A stretch of DNA of 64,000 nt from Verrucomicrobiota bacterium (lineage in GTDB: Bacteria; Verrucomicrobiota; Verrucomicrobiia; Limisphaerales; SIBE01), in NCBI GenBank assembly GCA_016871515.1, contig VHDE01000008.1, positions 16,829 to 80,828 on the forward strand, written 5' to 3'. How positions within the stretch are numbered: position 1 is the stretch's first letter; every line of letters starts with the position of its first letter. The notes beneath the pieces were generated by a model. The model was not told where the DNA came from. It saw only the letters and a program-made list of their open reading frames with translations, and ran no database searches. A program made the translations under genes and the position numbers. Below, piece after piece: positions 59,294 through 64,000 of this stretch.

Positions 59294-61339
59294 TTATCGG
59301 AATCCTAATTGGCCGACCCAATCGGCAATGGCATCGTCGCTTAAAACGGCTGGCTCGCGGCGGAATTGTTGGGAGGCGTCGAGGCGCTGGTAAAGGTCCG
59401 GCAACGACGGTGTGAGAAATTTCGAACCGGTGTTATGCAGCAGGACAGAGCGCGGCGCCGCCAGCGCCAGCACGCCTTCGAACGCGCCAATTTTTCGGAT
59501 GCCTGGAACGAAGAGGTCGTGCGCCAGCAACGCTTGATCGTCAGCCATATCCAGGGAATCGCAATCCGCGACGACAGCATCGACAGCGGGCGCGGCGAGC
59601 AGCGACCAAAGACCAGCGCGGCCGGCGCCGCAGAGGACAACGCGGCGTCCTTTGCTGTGGGTCTTAGCGAACGCGGCCGCCGTAATCAAGTCTTGCACGC
59701 GTTCCTGCAAGTCCGTCCGATTGTAGGTGCTGAAATAATTGGCGAAAGGCTTGCGATCTTTTTCGATGTCAGCATTGGCCAAGCCACCGGTTTGAAACAG
59801 GTCCGCCAGCAGAATGGACTGGCCGCGGTCGAGAAATCTCTTAGCCAATCCGATCGGTTCTCCCGCGGAATCCAAATAACCAGCTTTACCCTTGGGATGC
59901 GCGAGAACCACAAACAATCTGTGCGAATCGTTCGAGGGATTGATCATCAAAGCAGACAGCCGGTCTCCTTTCCCGGCCCGGCCCAGCGAGAATTCGGTGA
60001 CGGTTCGACCTGCGATCTTCTTGGCTTGGCCCGCTTCGACCACGAGCGACCGTTCCGGAATCTCCGCCTGCAACGTGTGACGCCACGCAGGCCACATCAG
60101 TTCGTGATATTGTTTCTGCGAACGCGCGTTGGTCGGCTTGATTGTTTCCAACTGCGCTTGGGATGACTTGATTAGCGACTTGATGAGAGATGTTTCATCC
60201 AGAGCGTCATCCGGCAATTTGCCATCCGGCCAAACTCGCAACTCCTGGTCCGGCTCCTTTTGGTAGGCGATCTCTTTCAGGGAGGCTGGCTCGGGATGGC
60301 GCAGCAACCAGCGGCCGAACCACTCGTACACAGCTTCGCGACTCGTGCGATTATAATTGTGCGGAAAGTCGAAGCGGACGTGGCGAAACCGATCGGCCCG
60401 GTCGAACAGGCGATAGACCCTTTCAATCGCGGGTCCCTCAACAGCCGGCGTGTCTTTAGTCCAATCTCCCGAGGCCGCGACTAGCAACTGCGGACGGGGC
60501 GCGGGAACAGCGGCAATTTCCATATTGGAATATTCGACGCGCAAGCCCGGCGCATTTTCACACAGGCATCCGCCCTGCATCGAGTGCGAGACCATGACGA
60601 TGGGAGCTTGGACTGTGAGTCGATCGTCAATCGCCCCGAGCATAAATGTTTGGGTGCCGCCTCCCGATTCGCCCGTGCATGCCAGACGCGATTTGTCTGC
60701 ATCCGGCAACGAAGCCAGGAAATCAAGCGCGCGAATGCTGTTCCAGGTTTGCAGGCCCATCAAGCTGATGTTCCAGAGGAGATTGGTGGGGTTGCTGGCG
60801 AAGTTGTGCTTTACCTGGATTGTGTCGTTGTACCCAACCATGTCATAGGAGAACGCGATCATCCCTTGTCGAGCGAAGTTAATGCAGCGTGCGGCGATGC
60901 TGCCGTTCTCTTCGTCTGCCATGCGGCCATTGCTCCAATGGCCATGAGGATTCAGGATTGCTGGGAACGGGCCATTCCCTTTTCCGATGGGACGGTACAG
61001 GTTGCCGGCCAAATAAAAGCCGGGATACGTCTGCAACGCCACCTTCTCGATGCTGTAACCGTCGCGAAGCACCTTGCCAAAGACCTGGGCGTTGAGGGGC
61101 GTTTTCTCAGGCATCGGCCAAAGGCCGCAACTGACAAGGACATGGTCTCGAATTTCTTTGGCGCGAGCTTGCCATGCCGATTTCGAGGTAACATTCGGGA
61201 ATGTCCGGAGTGTATTAAGAGTTTTCGGCTTGGTCGCGCGCAGGTCGTGCTCCGGGAGGGACTGAGCCGAGAGTCCGGCGTCGGAGGCCTTAGAAAGAGC
61301 GAGCAAGACGAGGGCGAATCGCAAGAGATGGTTTCGCAT
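59294..61339 (-). CDS. Secreted tandem alpha/beta-hydrolase (acetylxylan esterase-like)
   Basis: Signal peptide, PHGHW, nucleophile elbow GESGGG, HNY. The second domain has a degenerate GAG elbow. Confidence 0.8.
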   Translation of the reverse strand: MRNHLLRFALVLLALSKASDAGLSAQSLPEHDLRATKPKTLNTLRTFPNVTSKSAWQARAKEIRDHVLVSCGLWPMPEKTPLNAQVFGKVLRDGYSIEKVALQTYPGFYLAGNLYRPIGKGNGPFPAILNPHGHWSNGRMADEENGSIAARCINFARQGMIAFSYDMVGYNDTIQVKHNFASNPTNLLWNISLMGLQTWNSIRALDFLASLPDADKSRLACTGESGGGTQTFMLGAIDDRLTVQAPIVMVSHSMQGGCLCENAPGLRVEYSNMEIAAVPAPRPQLLVAASGDWTKDTPAVEGPAIERVYRLFDRADRFRHVRFDFPHNYNRTSREAVYEWFGRWLLRHPEPASLKEIAYQKEPDQELRVWPDGKLPDDALDETSLIKSLIKSSQAQLETIKPTNARSQKQYHELMWPAWRHTLQAEIPERSLVVEAGQAKKIAGRTVTEFSLGRAGKGDRLSALMINPSNDSHRLFVVLAHPKGKAGYLDSAGEPIGLAKRFLDRGQSILLADLFQTGGLANADIEKDRKPFANYFSTYNRTDLQERVQDLITAAAFAKTHSKGRRVVLCGAGRAGLWSLLAAPAVDAVVADCDSLDMADDQALLAHDLFVPGIRKIGAFEGVLALAAPRSVLLHNTGSKFLTPSLPDLYQRLDASQQFRREPAVLSDDAIADWVGQLGFR

Positions 61340-61394
61340 AGAGTGGCCACTCTTTTAGGCCAACCACGATTTTGTTCAACTCGAAACCGACCGA

Positions 61395-62345
61395 TTAGCC
61401 TAGCGCCGCGATTTGCTTCTGACTTTCAGTCAAGTAACCGAGATAATAGGCAAGCCGCTCTTTCATTTCCTTGCGATGAACGATGGCATCGATCAGCCCA
61501 TGCTCGAGCAAAAACTCCGCAGTCTGAAAGCCGGGCGGCAGTTCGCTTTGGGTCGTGTCCTTGATGACGCGGGGGCCAGCAAAGCCGATCATGGCTTCGG
61601 GTTCGGCGATGATCAGATCGCCAACACTGGCAAAACTTGCCATCACGCCGGCGGTCGTCGGATCTGTCAGCACGCTGATGAAAGGCAATTTGTGTTTGGC
61701 GTGATATGCGAGCGCGCCGCAGGTCTTCGCCATTTGCATCAGGCTGCACATTCCTTCGTACATGCGCGCTCCACCACTCGAGGAAATAATAATTACGGGC
61801 AATCCTTTGTCCGTGGCGGCCTCAATCAAGCGCGCCAATTTCTCCCCGACGACCGAGCCCATGGAACCTCCGAGGAAGCTGAAGTCCATCACACCAAGGC
61901 CGACGCGATGCGTGTCAATCTTGCCAATGCCCGTAATGACCGCGTCCTTTAATCCGGTCAATCGCTTATTGTCCTGGAGCTTGCCGCTGTACGAGGAAAC
62001 GCCAGCAAATTTGAGAATATCAACACTGGTCATTTCGGCGTCCATTTCCTCAAAGGAACACGTCTCGACCAGGGAATGAATGCGTTCGCGCGCGCCAATC
62101 CGGAAATGATGATTGCAGTGCTGGCAGACCTTCAAGTTTTCGTCCAGGTCTTTATCGTAGAGCATGACCGAACATTTCGGGCACTTCGTCCACAAACCTT
62201 CAGGTATTTCTCGTTTCCTGGACTTCGAAGGAGCGATCTTGGGCTTTTTGAGAAAGGTAGTCGGCGCGGCGGCGGTCTTAGGCTGAGCAGTTGCTTCGGC
62301 AACTTCCAACCCCAGCATTTTCTTAGTGAAGGAGCTCGTAGCCAT
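61395..62345 (-). CDS. accD: Acetyl-CoA carboxylase carboxyltransferase beta subunit
   Basis: WTKCPKC..CQHC, GGSMG, SGGARM, GFAGPRVI. Confidence 0.96.
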   Translation of the reverse strand: MATSSFTKKMLGLEVAEATAQPKTAAAPTTFLKKPKIAPSKSRKREIPEGLWTKCPKCSVMLYDKDLDENLKVCQHCNHHFRIGARERIHSLVETCSFEEMDAEMTSVDILKFAGVSSYSGKLQDNKRLTGLKDAVITGIGKIDTHRVGLGVMDFSFLGGSMGSVVGEKLARLIEAATDKGLPVIIISSSGGARMYEGMCSLMQMAKTCGALAYHAKHKLPFISVLTDPTTAGVMASFASVGDLIIAEPEAMIGFAGPRVIKDTTQSELPPGFQTAEFLLEHGLIDAIVHRKEMKERLAYYLGYLTESQKQIAALG

Positions 62346-62464
62346 AATTCAGGGATGAATCAAGTGAACCGGCTGAGTTTCACGGGGCAAACAATTCCGA
62401 TTGGGCCGGAACTGTGCCCTGGATTTGAATATCTTCACAATCTTGGGAATAAATACTACTCGAT

Positions 62465-63226
62465 TCAAAGTCCGCGAGCAACAGTCCAGACACAAACTGG
62501 TCCGGACCCATTCTCCCGCAAAACTTTAGCGCAGGAACTCGTGGTCGCCCCAGTCGTCAGCACGTCGTCCAGCACGATCACTCGCTCGCCGTTTAGTTTG
62601 CCGACCAGCCGGAAGGCGAACGCATTCTTTACATTCGCAGCTCGCTCGGACCGGGTCAGATGGGTCTGCGTCCTGGTTGGTTCGACACGCTTGAGAAGCT
62701 TTGCCTGGACGGGGATGTTCGTAGCGACGCTGAGATGATGCGCCATGCGTTCGGCCTGATTGAATTCGCGTTCGCGTTTCTTCAATGGATGCAGTGGAAC
62801 AGGAACGATCAGGTCCCATTTTTCCATTTGCAACACGGGCGCCGCCGCGCGAACTAAAAGGTCAGCTAGGAAAGGCTCGAACCAACGTTCTCGTTGGTAT
62901 TTATAGCGGTGAATCACTTCCAGGACCAGGCCCCGGGCAACCACGGCCGACCGAGCCGATTCAAAGTGAAGTTCCATCTCGCGGCAATTGCTGCATTCAA
63001 AAGCCGTTGTCATCTCCCCTTCGAATGGGAGGCCGCAGACTCGACAGAAAGGTGGCTTGATAAAACGGACGCCGTCGGTTCGAGACCAACAACGAACACA
63101 GACATATCCCTCGTGGGCGGTCGCGCGCTCGACAAAGCAAATCTGGCAGATATTCGGATAAACGAATCCGAGGCTGGCATCAAGCCAGGCGCTTAGCGAA
63201 CTGAAATTAGGGTTCGCTGTCTTCAT
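62465..63226 (-). CDS. comF: ComF family protein (double zinc ribbon plus phosphoribosyltransferase domain)
   Basis: Four CxxC motifs, PVPLH, REFNQA, LDDVLTTGAT. Start placed at Met 63226. Confidence 0.88.
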   Translation of the reverse strand: MKTANPNFSSLSAWLDASLGFVYPNICQICFVERATAHEGYVCVRCWSRTDGVRFIKPPFCRVCGLPFEGEMTTAFECSNCREMELHFESARSAVVARGLVLEVIHRYKYQRERWFEPFLADLLVRAAAPVLQMEKWDLIVPVPLHPLKKREREFNQAERMAHHLSVATNIPVQAKLLKRVEPTRTQTHLTRSERAANVKNAFAFRLVGKLNGERVIVLDDVLTTGATTSSCAKVLRENGSGPVCVWTVARGL

Positions 63227-63236
63227 ATGGCTTCGG

Positions 63237-64000
63237 TTATTTTCCCGCGACACCGTCGGCTTCTTCCTTGGCGCGATCCTGAGATATCTGTGATTCCGTT
63301 GCGAGCATCTTCGTTCGAGCGAACAGGACGAACATTGCGAGGAGAATGACAAAGCAAAGCCAGCCATCGATCAATCGACTCGAACCCCAGAACCAGGCAT
63401 TAATTGGGCCGGCCTGTTTTGTCATATAACCGTAAGACTTCACCCAAAATACCCAACCCGCGTGGAGCCCGATTGAAAAGTAAACCGAACCCGATCGTTG
63501 ATAGGCCAAAGCCAGTATAGCTCCCGCGAGAGTCAGATTAAGAAAGCCTGGCGCCAATTTCTCCAAATCGCCGAATCCTCGCATCATCTTGACGAGCGTC
63601 GTCAAGCCGGACGCCCAAGTAACCGGCTCGGTTGCCGGGGACGGCTCAAAGAAATGGAGCAGCGCGTAAATCGAACTGCTTACCCATAGCGCTGCGGACC
63701 AGGTCAGCGCTTTACGCAGCACGCCGAAGAGCGCGCCGCGGAAGAATACCTCTTCCCAACCAGCAACCACGATCGCGGTCAAACTGATCTGAAACAGATG
63801 CCCCACAATGTCCGTCCACGCCCGGTCGGGCCGAACGTGCCGAGCCCCGAATGCGATTGCGATGAGCGCCACGCAGGCCAAGGAAGCAAAACCAAGCGAG
63901 AAACCCTTGCTGACCAGCCTCCAGGATCGCGGTGCTCTTCCAAGCCCAACATCGGCCCACGAACGCATTCCCATGCTTCGAAGCAGAGGCCACAAGCTGA
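63237..64000 (-). CDS. CPBP family intramembrane glutamic endopeptidase, 5' end outside the window
   Basis: EEVFFRG, YALLH, GLHAGW motifs; the frame is open to the window edge. Confidence 0.88.
   Translation of the reverse strand, partial: SLWPLLRSMGMRSWADVGLGRAPRSWRLVSKGFSLGFASLACVALIAIAFGARHVRPDRAWTDIVGHLFQISLTAIVVAGWEEVFFRGALFGVLRKALTWSAALWVSSSIYALLHFFEPSPATEPVTWASGLTTLVKMMRGFGDLEKLAPGFLNLTLAGAILALAYQRSGSVYFSIGLHAGWVFWVKSYGYMTKQAGPINAWFWGSSRLIDGWLCFVILLAMFVLFARTKMLATESQISQDRAKEEADGVAGK

Noticed and set aside
63237-64000. CPBP (Abi-named) protease as a phage-defence gene
   Set aside because: The family name is historical, and the comF-accD context is housekeeping.

Overview
Bacterial chromosomal window, inferred to be Verrucomicrobiota (Pedosphaera-like). 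Support: a PVC-superphylum small basic signature protein, RNase HIII, no rpmD, an extended S11 and mostly Shine-Dalgarno-less starts. About 22.2-53.8 kb is the uninterrupted translation/transcription supercluster (tRNA-Thr, tuf, tRNA-Trp, tRNA-Ser, secE-nusG-rplKAJL-rpoBC, str, S10, spc and alpha operons). The left flank holds a divergent EF-G paralog, a deletion-damaged Phd/VapC toxin-antitoxin locus, a frameshifted and eroding putA, a beta-CASP nuclease, addB without addA, oppABC, folD, an SH3 protein, a pseudouridine synthase and rnhC. The right flank holds two PQQ-like beta-propellers, an AAA ATPase, coxG, an esterase, accD, comF and a CPBP protease. No CRISPR array, prophage or transposase was seen. 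The best novelty candidates are non-coding: (1) a ~135-nt sRNA at 6.76-6.90 kb with an ECF-type promoter and a duplicated GU-rich motif complementary to C/A-rich r-protein leaders; (2) palindromic REP-like elements, some inserted in frame inside addB and oppA; (3) a three-way-junction RNA before rplL that resembles the 23S L10-binding site; (4) a tandem-palindrome operator on a leaderless ATPase gene. All calls were made by eye; family assignments rest on remembered motifs, not database searches.
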